Shown here piece after piece: positions 1 to 8,916 of a stretch of DNA of 53,560 nucleotides (position 1 is its first letter; each line of letters starts with the position of its first letter). The notes below the pieces were generated by a model, which had not been told where the DNA came from, made no database searches, and saw only the letters and a list, made by a program, of their open reading frames with translations. The position numbers and the translations under genes are program-made. Source of the DNA: a virus (Duplodnaviria; Caudoviricetes); IMG/VR virus record IMGVR_UViG_3300007765_000007, positions 1 to 53,560 of that record, one strand, 5' to 3'.

Positions 1-146
1 TTTATAACTTTAACCTTTATAGGTACTTTGAAAAGTTTTTGTAAATATGGTTTTAATTTTCTTGCGTATTTTGGATATTGTGCCCATTCTTCTTTTGAAA
101 TTTTTTCAAGTAAGGATTCGTTTAATATTTTTTTTAACTTAATCAT
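1..146 (-). CDS. Partial hypothetical protein, putative head-internal protein (runs off the window)
   Basis: Not in the ORF track. ATG at 146 overlaps the upstream stop (ATGA). Translates MIKLKKILNESLLEKISKEEWAQYPKY..., open to the window edge, with the same leader as 143..598. Confidence 0.75.
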   Translation of the reverse strand, partial: MIKLKKILNESLLEKISKEEWAQYPKYARKLKPYLQKLFKVPIKVKVI

Positions 147-598
147 TTTAAAAGTGTCCAATCTGTAGGTTTACCATATTTTGCTTTATAATACCATTTC
201 TTATCTTTCATACTAAAAATATAAGCAAACTCTTCACCACTATGAAATTTTACTGCATCTCTATTCTTCCACTTACTTGTAGCATTACTTTTCTCTCCTC
301 TATCTCTACCATAAAATACAGTTTCACCTTTTTTTGGACTATCAAATGAATGGTCTTTTCCACCCTTCATACTTTTATCAATAGAAGAAATACCTTGTTG
401 TCCAAGTTTTAATAGTTGTTTAACTTTCATTGGATTATTATAAAATCTTTTTAAATATTTCCCTGCCCATTCTGGATAACCATCCCAATGTCCGTAAGTA
501 CTTACTATTTGTCCATTAGGTGATTCAATACCAACTAACCATCTTGTACCTTCAATAATTAATCCACTCTCTTTTATTATATCTTTTAATTTAATCAT
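143..598 (-). CDS. Conserved phage protein with YxHWDGYP motif and MIKLK leader
   Basis: GTRWLVG...YGHWDGYPEWAGKYL and EEFAYIF...WY motifs. N-terminal extension MIKLKDIIKESGLIIE. Confidence 0.7.
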   Translation of the reverse strand: MIKLKDIIKESGLIIEGTRWLVGIESPNGQIVSTYGHWDGYPEWAGKYLKRFYNNPMKVKQLLKLGQQGISSIDKSMKGGKDHSFDSPKKGETVFYGRDRGEKSNATSKWKNRDAVKFHSGEEFAYIFSMKDKKWYYKAKYGKPTDWTLLK

Positions 599-608
599 CG
601 TATTTTCC

Positions 609-1418
609 TTAATAGTTTGTTGTTAATTCAATTCCATTTTTAGGATTTCCCCAAAAACCACGCTGTCGAGTTAATTTGTATTGAGCTTTCATTTTTTTTA
701 CAAACTTCTTAGCCTCAATTTCAGTTTTAAATGTTTCCTTTTTAAACTCTTTATCATATTTAGTAAGAGTAACTGTTGGAACAAAGCTCTTTTCACTCAA
801 TTTCTGAATTTCTTCTCTTATGATTTCTCTTAGTTTTGTTTTTGTTATTTTCATTTTATTATCTATTTCGTTTATCTTACCTTCAGTTATTTTACTCTTT
901 GCAAGTTTTTGCATGAATTGCATTATCTTAGCGGATTCCTTAACAAACTTCAATTCAAACTTATATAGTTCACCCTCTAATTTAAATATCCTTGGGTCTG
1001 TTCCCATATCACCTAATTTCTTTCTGAAGTCTCCCCATGATATTAGAAAGTCTCTACGAGTTTTATAAACTTTATCAAAACCTTTAGTTGCTCTTTTACC
1101 TTCTTTTAAATCTCTATCTTCTGGACCAGTTCCACCGGGTGATTTTAATTTTCTTTTAGGATTCTCTGCCGACATAGTATATCCACAACTCTCTACTTCT
1201 TGACGAATGATTTCACTAACTTTTCTAATTACTTCTTTTGCAACCTTTTCTGGTTTACCTTTATGTTTAGTAGATGCAAAATCCTCTGCATCTTTCTTCT
1301 TCATAGATTTTGCTGCATCCTTTACTTTATCAGAAACTTTGGATGGTGAGAGTTCACCTTTCTGAACAGCATGAACCATTCCCATGAATCGTTGTTGGGA
1401 TTTGGATTTGGCAGGCAT
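609..1418 (-). CDS. Putative prohead core/internal protein with DUF3008-like N-terminus
   Basis: MPAKSKSQQRFMGMVHA...EDFASTKHKGKPEK. Lys/Glu-rich, AGGAG RBS, directly downstream of the prohead protease. Confidence 0.55.
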   Translation of the reverse strand: MPAKSKSQQRFMGMVHAVQKGELSPSKVSDKVKDAAKSMKKKDAEDFASTKHKGKPEKVAKEVIRKVSEIIRQEVESCGYTMSAENPKRKLKSPGGTGPEDRDLKEGKRATKGFDKVYKTRRDFLISWGDFRKKLGDMGTDPRIFKLEGELYKFELKFVKESAKIMQFMQKLAKSKITEGKINEIDNKMKITKTKLREIIREEIQKLSEKSFVPTVTLTKYDKEFKKETFKTEIEAKKFVKKMKAQYKLTRQRGFWGNPKNGIELTTNY

Positions 1419-1419
1419 G

Positions 1420-2043
1420 TTATTCTCCTCGGATTATTTTATTGATTATATCCTCAGCCTTACAATACGAACCACAAGTTCTACCCTGAGTTTGTGCTTT
1501 ATCAACATTCTCACTTAATGGATACATAAATGCACCATGTGTGGATGGATTGGATACAAAATCAAATGCTATTAATTCAAAATCTTTACCTACCTTTAAC
1601 ATTGGTTGGTCATTATCATCTTCGTGTACTGCTTCTACCGAACCCATACCACGAGAACTGATACCTAATTTGATACCATTCTTAAATAATTCTCTTAAAA
1701 TGTTTCCACTTGGTGTAGTTAGAATTTCTACTGTCCCTAACAAATTCTCACCTTCGAAATGCATTTCAGTAATATTATGAGATACATTTTGTAAATTCAC
1801 TACTGAACTATCTGGATGGTCTAATTCACCAAGTGCTCTTTTTTGTTTTACATATCCTTCAGCATAATTCTTTGCTTCTCTCTGTAATATTTCCATAGGA
1901 TACACTCGACCATTTTGATTCTTTGCATCTGCTCTTTGTAATACACCTTTAACAACTAACTTACCATCATTTTCTTTTAATGATTCATTAACTTGTCGTT
2001 TTGATATCTCAAAAGGTATATAATCTACTAATAGTTCTCTCAT
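1420..2043 (-). CDS. Prohead core protease, T4 gp21-like
   Basis: NQNGRVYP, ALGELDHP, VSH, GISSRGMGS and FDFVSNPST motifs of the T4 gp21 family. Confidence 0.95.
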   Translation of the reverse strand: MRELLVDYIPFEISKRQVNESLKENDGKLVVKGVLQRADAKNQNGRVYPMEILQREAKNYAEGYVKQKRALGELDHPDSSVVNLQNVSHNITEMHFEGENLLGTVEILTTPSGNILRELFKNGIKLGISSRGMGSVEAVHEDDNDQPMLKVGKDFELIAFDFVSNPSTHGAFMYPLSENVDKAQTQGRTCGSYCKAEDIINKIIRGE

Positions 2044-2044
2044 T

Positions 2045-2503
2045 TTATTTCATCCCTTTAACCATTAAAACACTATCTCTCATAAATTTGGTTACACCAT
2101 CTTTATAAGATTTCTTTATATCTTTTGCCAACTGATCATTTCCTTTTGTTGGGTCTTGTAAAAATACTTGTTCTAATGCAAACATTTGTTTTCTAAATTT
2201 TTGTTCTTGTTTCACTACCATCGATAATGCCTTTTTAGCATCTTTTACATCGGAGGGTCCTTCTGTTATAGATTCACCAGTAAATTGTTTTTTATAATGT
2301 GCATCATCTTTAGTTTTTTGCATCATAGCTTTCTTTTCAATATCTTTTGCCGAACCCTTTTCTGGTTTTGGTCCACTTCCTGGCCCACCTTCTTTTTTTA
2401 ATTTATGGGCTTTCATAGTATCTTCAAGAGTAGGTAATGGTTGTCCAAATTCTCTATTTAGAATATCAAGACCTTCTGCTAAATATTTGTCATTCTGTTT
2501 CAT
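2045..2503 (-). CDS. Hypothetical protein, possible head-internal protein
   Basis: Charged helical protein between portal and protease, with LAE/G and ITE/G sites. Confidence 0.6.
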   Translation of the reverse strand: MKQNDKYLAEGLDILNREFGQPLPTLEDTMKAHKLKKEGGPGSGPKPEKGSAKDIEKKAMMQKTKDDAHYKKQFTGESITEGPSDVKDAKKALSMVVKQEQKFRKQMFALEQVFLQDPTKGNDQLAKDIKKSYKDGVTKFMRDSVLMVKGMK

Positions 2504-3114
2504 TATTGTAATTTCCCAACTTTATTAGCTAATTTAACCAATCGTTCTGAAATTTTGTTCATTGCTTTATGAGTGTTCTTCCAATAAGATTTTGAATCTA
2601 TCTTTAACTCATTTTTCAATTTAACATTCATATCGATTAACTTACTTAATTCATTTAATTTATCTCTAACTTCTCTCATCGATACACCAATCTTTTGTCT
2701 CGGTGTTAATGTGTCATCATTACGATATTTTGTATAACGAGCTTCTTTTATTTCTGTTTTCTTATCAATCTGTTTACCGAATGCAGTTTGAACTCTTGTT
2801 ACACTTGTAATACCCTTTAAACCTTTTTTCAATTGTCTACCAACCATCGTCTTTGCTTGTCCAGCACCCGATGCATCAACTATAATTTTACCAACACCAT
2901 CAACACTAACTGCCCATTTAGCTTCTACAACTTTGAACTCTGTTCCTTTTTCAGCAGTTTTCTTTCTTTTCTCATTCCCTTTAGATTGAAAAGCGTTTGG
3001 TGTAGAATATTCACCACCAGCTGTTGCAGTAGTGGAAACTTCTTTAATTTCTTTTTTGATTATTGTACGAAGTAATTCTGTAAACTTTTTTCTACTTATC
3101 TTTGTGGACATCAT
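2503..3114 (-). CDS. Hypothetical head-module protein
   Basis: GGEYSTPNAF motif, C-terminal coiled coil ending YWKNTHKAMNKISERL, position in the head module. Confidence 0.65.
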   Translation of the reverse strand: MMSTKISRKKFTELLRTIIKKEIKEVSTTATAGGEYSTPNAFQSKGNEKRKKTAEKGTEFKVVEAKWAVSVDGVGKIIVDASGAGQAKTMVGRQLKKGLKGITSVTRVQTAFGKQIDKKTEIKEARYTKYRNDDTLTPRQKIGVSMREVRDKLNELSKLIDMNVKLKNELKIDSKSYWKNTHKAMNKISERLVKLANKVGKLQ

Positions 3115-3964
3115 CTAACTCCCCTACCAATTCATAATATCTCATCAACGAAACAACATTAGAATCTTTTACATGAGTTCCTTTTGTTGTAGTATCCGTA
3201 TGAGTAATTGCTTCGGTTAATTTAATTTTAGTAATCTTATCATCAACTTTTTGTAAATGTGATTTTAAGGTTTTTTTAATTTTTATAACTTCAGCATCCA
3301 TGAATTCTCGTAAAGAGTTAGTATTTGAAAGATTATTAATATACTCTTTCAATAAATTTCTTTGATTTTCATTTAATGTGCTGTATTTTTTATTGAACTT
3401 ATCAACCAATAACTGGTATGTTAACAATCTTAAATCTTTATCTTGTTTATTTAAGTTCTCTTGAACACCACCTTTAGTTTTCTTGGAGCGTTTGACTTTA
3501 GTGATATTTTCGATAATTGTTACTTTACTATCAGTTTCTTCTACTGGAGATATTTTTTCTTTTAAAGATTCACCTTCAAATACATTGTAAATTGAAGCCA
3601 AAAGTTTATATCCTGGAATTCGTGTATTAAAAAAATCTGAAGAATTATAACATTCTTTAATTGTTTTAATTAAATTATATTTTTCATTTCGTAGTTTACG
3701 ATTTGATAATTTTCTACGATTTTTAATTACTGCAGAAAGCAAAATATTTGCTTGTTCATTAGTTTTATATGTTTTTTCCGTCAAAATCTTGTAAAGTTCA
3801 TATTCTTTCCCAAGTTCTGAATTTTGTTTAAATGTTTCTTTTAAAATCTTAACTGCCTTACTATTTTCTGTACCATTAAGTACATCAACAGTTATTTGAC
3901 GAGTCAGCAATTCAAAAAGAATACCAGTATTTTTTATTTTACTGTGCTTCTTGTTATAATTCAT
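3092..3964 (-). CDS. Conserved head-module protein (possible prohead core/scaffold)
   Basis: KHSKIKNTGILFELL N-terminus, immediately downstream of the portal. Start moved to the ATG at 3964, which has a GGAG RBS at 3971-3974. Confidence 0.65.
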   Translation of the reverse strand: MNYNKKHSKIKNTGILFELLTRQITVDVLNGTENSKAVKILKETFKQNSELGKEYELYKILTEKTYKTNEQANILLSAVIKNRRKLSNRKLRNEKYNLIKTIKECYNSSDFFNTRIPGYKLLASIYNVFEGESLKEKISPVEETDSKVTIIENITKVKRSKKTKGGVQENLNKQDKDLRLLTYQLLVDKFNKKYSTLNENQRNLLKEYINNLSNTNSLREFMDAEVIKIKKTLKSHLQKVDDKITKIKLTEAITHTDTTTKGTHVKDSNVVSLMRYYELVGELDDVHKDK

Positions 3965-3997
3965 CAAACACTCCATTCATGATAAGTTTATACATAA

Positions 3998-4005
3998 ATA
4001 AATAT
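3998..4005 (-). promoter_or_regulatory. ATATTTAT motif, putative late promoter
   Basis: The same 8-mer recurs in six short intergenic spacers upstream of minus-strand genes. Confidence 0.55.
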
Positions 4006-4023
4006 AAAAACTTCAAATAATCG

Positions 4024-5859
4024 TTATTTATCTTCCGTAAAATCTTTATATTCTTTATCTATTTCTTCACTTTCAATTGTTTCTTTTAATATTTCTCTTG
4101 CTTTACTCCCAAATGATTTTTTTAATCTATCAAAATGTGCTAAAGCCATAGGTATTTTTGGTCTACCAAGTGGATCCCGTCCTCTTGCACTACCATCTTT
4201 ACTATATTTACTTCCCTCTTTTGGTCTACCAGCTCCCTCAAAACCACCTTCAGGTGCTCCACCTTCGTCATCAAAGATAGAACCCGCTAAAGTTTCAGGT
4301 GGTTCTGCCTCATCATCGGCTCCCAATCCAATTGCAGCCATATCACTTGGTGTTCCAACTGAATCACCACTATCTGCTGGATCATTACCCTCATTTTCAA
4401 TTTGAGAATATCTAAATTTTTGTTTCTGGTCTTCTATTAATTCTTTTTCAAGTATTTCTTGTTCTCTTGGTGTAAAATTGAAAATGTGTTTATACACCCA
4501 ATCACTTGACATTAAACTATTGTCTTTTACATCACGAGCTAAATTAACTTTATTACTCCACAATTCAATCTTCTCTTGTTCATAAATTGTAGATGGATTA
4601 GTTAATTTCAATTCAAAGTTTACCAATTCTTCATCTGTATATCCTTGTGCGTATAAATGAACAACTGCAATCTTTGTCAATTCACTTGTTACAATTCTTT
4701 GTATTCTTTCAATTGTACGAGCAAATCTAACATCCTCTGCTGCTAATGTTGCTTTACTTCCAAGACTTTCTTCATATCCAAGAAATGCTTTTGGTATTCT
4801 TAAAGCAGCTAACATACGATTTTTTAAATACTCAATGTCTTCTGTAGTTTCATATTGCATTCCTGGTAATGATTCAACTTGTGTTCCACTATCTCCACCA
4901 CGAACTGGCATAAAGAAGTCTTCTGTAAGATTCTGTATGTTAAATTTCAAATTATAATCACCAGTAGTATCATCCATAAAAGGTGTCTTCTTCATTTTGT
5001 TGATTATTCTTTGCATATAATTGTCAACTTCGTTTGGTGGAATATTTCCAATATCAACTTTGAATACTCTCTTCTCAGGTGCTCTCATGATTCTATGAAT
5101 CAACATAGCATCTTCCATCAATGTAATTTGTTTCCATACTTTACGAGCACTTTCAATCATTGATTTTCCATAAGGTAATAAATTACTATCATTGGCTAAT
5201 CTAAAGTGTGCTATTTGAAAGTTCTCAAATTCAATCTTTTTATTTGTAGTTGAACGAGCAAAATAAGGATGAGCTTGTTCCATAGCTTCTAAATAAAATT
5301 TTGTATAATAAGGATTCTCTGGGTCTTCTCCCTCTGAACGAATTAGTTCATAAGCTGACATTGGAACTACATTATGAATTCCATACTTATCACTAATATC
5401 TAAGTACAAAAAGAAGTCTCCATACTTACACATATTTCTTACCCACGGCCATAGATTAAATTCTATGTTCATAATGTCATAGAATAAGTTATGTAGTATT
5501 TGTTTTATTTGATCATTATCACTTTGTATTTCTAACGACTCACCATACGCACTTTTCATTGTTGATTCATCTGCGTATGTATCAAGTGCAGATGCAATAA
5601 TTGAATCTGCCTCCATTGATTCATAATCTTTAAATAACCCAAGTCGTGCAGCCTGCATTTGTGCGTGAGTGGAATATCCACTATTCGCCATATCCAACCC
5701 ACTATGTAATTTAGAATACCTGTCAACCAAATGTGATTTAACTTGTGATTGAACTTGTTCTGTATCGGCTATTTTTAGTTTCCTACCACCAACATTTCTT
5801 ACAATTACATTTGTACTAAATAATCGTTGTAATCGACTAAATAATGATTTATCTGCCAT
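4024..5859 (-). CDS. Portal vertex protein, T4 gp20-like
   Basis: LMEDAMLIHRIMRAPEKRVFKVDIGNIP, EDFFMPVRGG...VESLPG, EDIEYL...ALRIP and EDVRFARTIERIQ motifs. Confidence 0.95.
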   Translation of the reverse strand: MADKSLFSRLQRLFSTNVIVRNVGGRKLKIADTEQVQSQVKSHLVDRYSKLHSGLDMANSGYSTHAQMQAARLGLFKDYESMEADSIIASALDTYADESTMKSAYGESLEIQSDNDQIKQILHNLFYDIMNIEFNLWPWVRNMCKYGDFFLYLDISDKYGIHNVVPMSAYELIRSEGEDPENPYYTKFYLEAMEQAHPYFARSTTNKKIEFENFQIAHFRLANDSNLLPYGKSMIESARKVWKQITLMEDAMLIHRIMRAPEKRVFKVDIGNIPPNEVDNYMQRIINKMKKTPFMDDTTGDYNLKFNIQNLTEDFFMPVRGGDSGTQVESLPGMQYETTEDIEYLKNRMLAALRIPKAFLGYEESLGSKATLAAEDVRFARTIERIQRIVTSELTKIAVVHLYAQGYTDEELVNFELKLTNPSTIYEQEKIELWSNKVNLARDVKDNSLMSSDWVYKHIFNFTPREQEILEKELIEDQKQKFRYSQIENEGNDPADSGDSVGTPSDMAAIGLGADDEAEPPETLAGSIFDDEGGAPEGGFEGAGRPKEGSKYSKDGSARGRDPLGRPKIPMALAHFDRLKKSFGSKAREILKETIESEEIDKEYKDFTEDK

Positions 5860-5871
5860 ATTTTACCTCAC

Positions 5872-7446
5872 TTATAAGAGCCACTTTAACGACTCTTTTT
5901 TTCTTTCGCGGCCTACTTCCCAATCCCATTCACCATTATCATTGTCTTCGGGTACATATAGACCATCTATATCTTGAAATCTATCAAGAGTTTTCTTTGT
6001 TAATTCAATTCCTTCTGTTCGTAATCTTAAAGCAGTATCACGAACCCATAAACCAATAGCAAAAGACATAACTAAATCATCATTATATCCCCTCATTGCC
6101 TCTGCTCTATTGTTTAGATAAATAAATGTAAATAATTCATCTATCAATCTATTGGAACGAACCGTTACTGACTCATCCCTAAAATATTCCTCTAACTTTG
6201 CAATAATCAAAGGTCGAGTTTTCATAGTGGTACTGAATCCAGCCACCATTTTCTTTTCTTCACTTCTATATCGATTGTTCATTTGATGAGCAATATCGAC
6301 ATATCTTAAATCTTTACTTGTATAAAATAAATTAGGATAATCCCTATCTATTACTTGTTGGATGGTTGCCCAACCAATATTGTTGTTTTCTATAATTAGT
6401 AAAGCATCGTTATATTCTGTTGCAATACTAACTAACATATTACCAAAATCTTTAGTAGGAACTCTACCTTTATACTCTGCCACTTGTTCTACTTTTTCAA
6501 CATCCATAACATGAAATGCACTATAGTCTGCACTATCACCTCTACCAACATCTGCCGTTACCACATAACTCTTTGTATAATTTGGTGGCTCCCACACCCA
6601 TAAATTATTATCAACACCTCGTTTTTCAATTGGTTCTTTCACTTGAGTTTCTCTACAATTTTCCAATATAACACCATCAATTACTGAAGTACCAGAAGTA
6701 ATAAAATCACAATCACACTCTTGTGCTGCACTCTGTATTCCTAACAATGTATCTTGTTCATCTCTCCACTCTTGATTTCTATCTGGATGAACCGTCCAAT
6801 GTAATTTAATAAAATTAAACATTCCACGACCTTCTTCTGCCTCAACCCAATTTTTATGAAACCAATTACCAACTCCGTTTGGTGTAGAAAGTGCAATACA
6901 ACTACCACCAGTAGTTAGTGTTTGTTGTGAAGCAGTCCATATATCATCAATCTTATCAACAAAAGCAGCCTCATCTAATATCAATAATGATAGAGCTTCA
7001 GAACGAGCTGCTTCAGGTCCTGAAGAAACTGCCTTAATCTGTGAACCATTCATATATCGAAGATTTAATTTGTTATCCTCAACACATTTTTGTTTCAACC
7101 AAGATGGTAAATTTGAATGCATAACACGAACTTTCGTTACTAAGTTTTTAGCAACTTCTTGTTTTGTAGCAATAACCAACACATTCTTATCTTGATGAAA
7201 TGTCATCATCCATAAAGAATATCCAGCGGTTAATGTACTGATACCAAGTTGTCGTGCCTTCAAGATAATATTAAATCTATTTTTTTGAAACTCATTTACA
7301 GTTTTCTCTTGAAAATCATATAAAGAAAATGGAATTTTACCCTGTATTGGATGTTGTATTACACAATACTTCTTCATAAAATATGCAGGATCCTGAGCAC
7401 ACTTTACATACTCTTGTTTAATTACTTCTTTAATTTGAGTTGCCAT
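5872..7446 (-). CDS. Terminase large subunit, T4 gp17-like
   Basis: EYVKCAQDPAYF, Walker A KARQLGIST, Walker B LLILDEAAF, STPNG, and nuclease acidic residues in ADVGRG..DYSA and DDLVMS. Confidence 0.95.
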   Translation of the reverse strand: MATQIKEVIKQEYVKCAQDPAYFMKKYCVIQHPIQGKIPFSLYDFQEKTVNEFQKNRFNIILKARQLGISTLTAGYSLWMMTFHQDKNVLVIATKQEVAKNLVTKVRVMHSNLPSWLKQKCVEDNKLNLRYMNGSQIKAVSSGPEAARSEALSLLILDEAAFVDKIDDIWTASQQTLTTGGSCIALSTPNGVGNWFHKNWVEAEEGRGMFNFIKLHWTVHPDRNQEWRDEQDTLLGIQSAAQECDCDFITSGTSVIDGVILENCRETQVKEPIEKRGVDNNLWVWEPPNYTKSYVVTADVGRGDSADYSAFHVMDVEKVEQVAEYKGRVPTKDFGNMLVSIATEYNDALLIIENNNIGWATIQQVIDRDYPNLFYTSKDLRYVDIAHQMNNRYRSEEKKMVAGFSTTMKTRPLIIAKLEEYFRDESVTVRSNRLIDELFTFIYLNNRAEAMRGYNDDLVMSFAIGLWVRDTALRLRTEGIELTKKTLDRFQDIDGLYVPEDNDNGEWDWEVGRERKKESLKWLL

Positions 7447-7832
7447 TATTCACCTACTAGCTGACCTGTCAACCAAACTGATGTTGATGTGGCCACTACT
7501 CCATAAGTAAACCATAACCACTTGTTCTCATGCCATTTCGGTTTGACAACTTTAATTTTTTCTTTATAAAGTTCATTAGTCTCTTTTAATAAATCAATTT
7601 GATGTAATCTCGTTGAAATTATTAAAGAATCTAAAGCAGAATTTTCTTCTAACTTTTTAACTTGAAGTTCTAAATCTGAAATTAAACTTGTTTGTAAACT
7701 ATCCGATGTTTCGTATTGTTTGAGTTTGTTTGCCCACTCAATTACATCCGATTTAGGTACAGGTATAGTTTCTTCTTCAGATTGTCCATAAAGAAACCCA
7801 ACTAATAGTAATATGTATATAATATATCTCAT
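7446..7832 (-). CDS. Exported coiled-coil protein with C-terminal transmembrane helix (possibly spanin-like)
   Basis: Hydrophobic N-terminal signal (MRYIIYILLLVGFLYG-Q), coiled coil, then KWHENKWLWFTYGVVATSTSVWL. Confidence 0.5.
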   Translation of the reverse strand: MRYIIYILLLVGFLYGQSEEETIPVPKSDVIEWANKLKQYETSDSLQTSLISDLELQVKKLEENSALDSLIISTRLHQIDLLKETNELYKEKIKVVKPKWHENKWLWFTYGVVATSTSVWLTGQLVGE

Positions 7833-7836
7833 ATAT

Positions 7837-7844
7837 ATAAATAT
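7837..7844 (-). promoter_or_regulatory. ATATTTAT motif, putative late promoter
   Basis: Lies in the 15-nt spacer, 4 nt upstream of the ATG at 7832. No RBS is visible. Confidence 0.5.
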
Positions 7845-7847
7845 ATA

Positions 7848-8129
7848 CTACTTAGAAAATTTCTTCAAATATTTTAAAGCCTCATCACTATCGTCAAATT
7901 CGACAGCTTTCTTAGCTTCAGCAATATGTTTCTTTGTAGTAGTTACCTTTCGTTTAAGGGATGCTACCTCTTTTTTGTTAACTTTCTTCTTAGATTCGAG
8001 TGCAGTAACTTTCTTTTCAAGTTCTTTAGTTTCTGTCTCTTTTACCTTTATTGCCTTGTCTAACTTTTTGACTTCTTCTTTTTTCTTTCCGCCAAAAAGA
8101 AATTCAAGAATCCAATCTATGATTCCCAT
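7848..8129 (-). CDS. Small basic coiled-coil protein with amphipathic N-terminus
   Basis: MGIIDWILEFLFGG followed by a Lys-rich coil. AAGGAG RBS. Confidence 0.65.
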   Translation of the reverse strand: MGIIDWILEFLFGGKKKEEVKKLDKAIKVKETETKELEKKVTALESKKKVNKKEVASLKRKVTTTKKHIAEAKKAVEFDDSDEALKYLKKFSK

Positions 8130-8385
8130 TGTGTTCTCCTTTACTTGGTAAATCTATACCAACTTCGTTACAAATTTCTTCTAATGATAAATATCCAGTT
8201 CTATCATGTTCATCTAAATCCATCAATTTTTCTAATATCATTCTATACACTCTCGTTACTTTATCTGTATCTTCATTATTAACCTTCATGTGATACTCAG
8301 CAGCAACATTACCTAATTGGGAAACCATTTCCATTAATTCAATTATTACACTTTCAGGCAGTATCAAGTTCCTTTGATTCTTCAT
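8104..8385 (-). CDS. Hypothetical protein
   Basis: Fills the gap between its neighbours with short overlaps. Confidence 0.6.
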   Translation of the reverse strand: MKNQRNLILPESVIIELMEMVSQLGNVAAEYHMKVNNEDTDKVTRVYRMILEKLMDLDEHDRTGYLSLEEICNEVGIDLPSKGEHNGNHRLDS

Positions 8386-8908
8386 CTATGGCCTCTTCTA
8401 ATTTAGTTATATATTCTCGGGCCTCATCAATTACTTTATTAAATTGATCCTCTCCCATTTCCCATTTTTCTTTTTCAAGTTCAATATCTTTAACACCTAC
8501 CGAATTAAAAAATTCTGCCTTACCCTCTGTTTGTTCAAATTCATCAATACTTTGTTTTAAATCTTTTAAATATGCCTTTTTATTCTCATTAATCTTCTTC
8601 TTAGCATATTGTTCATATTCACCATTGATACGAAGCTTATTCTCCATCTCAATCTGACAATCGAAACAATGTCCATTTATTCTCCAAAACTTATTATCAA
8701 GTTTTTTCTTCATTGTTTTTTTACAAGATGGGCAAAACCAAGGCATTCTTACTGTTGCCATAATATCAGTTAATTCTGATTTTACATCTCCTTTTTCTTT
8801 TTGTTTACCCTCATATCCAACTTGAATATATTTTTTTGTATGTTCTTTACCTGAAAGTAAATCTTTTAATACTTCATTTTGTCTTTCTGATTCTTTACTA
8901 TATCCCAT
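8354..8908 (-). CDS. Conserved hypothetical protein with Zn-finger-like CxxC...CxxC
   Basis: PWFCPSC...HCFDC. AGGAG RBS. Confidence 0.7.
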   Translation of the reverse strand: MGYSKESERQNEVLKDLLSGKEHTKKYIQVGYEGKQKEKGDVKSELTDIMATVRMPWFCPSCKKTMKKKLDNKFWRINGHCFDCQIEMENKLRINGEYEQYAKKKINENKKAYLKDLKQSIDEFEQTEGKAEFFNSVGVKDIELEKEKWEMGEDQFNKVIDEAREYITKLEEAIDEESKELDTA

Positions 8909-8916
8909 TGTAACTC

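Noticed and set aside
5872-7446. Possible intein or intron in terminase, given the Hint domains nearby
   Set aside because: The 524-aa ORF is continuous, with ATPase and nuclease motifs at normal spacing.
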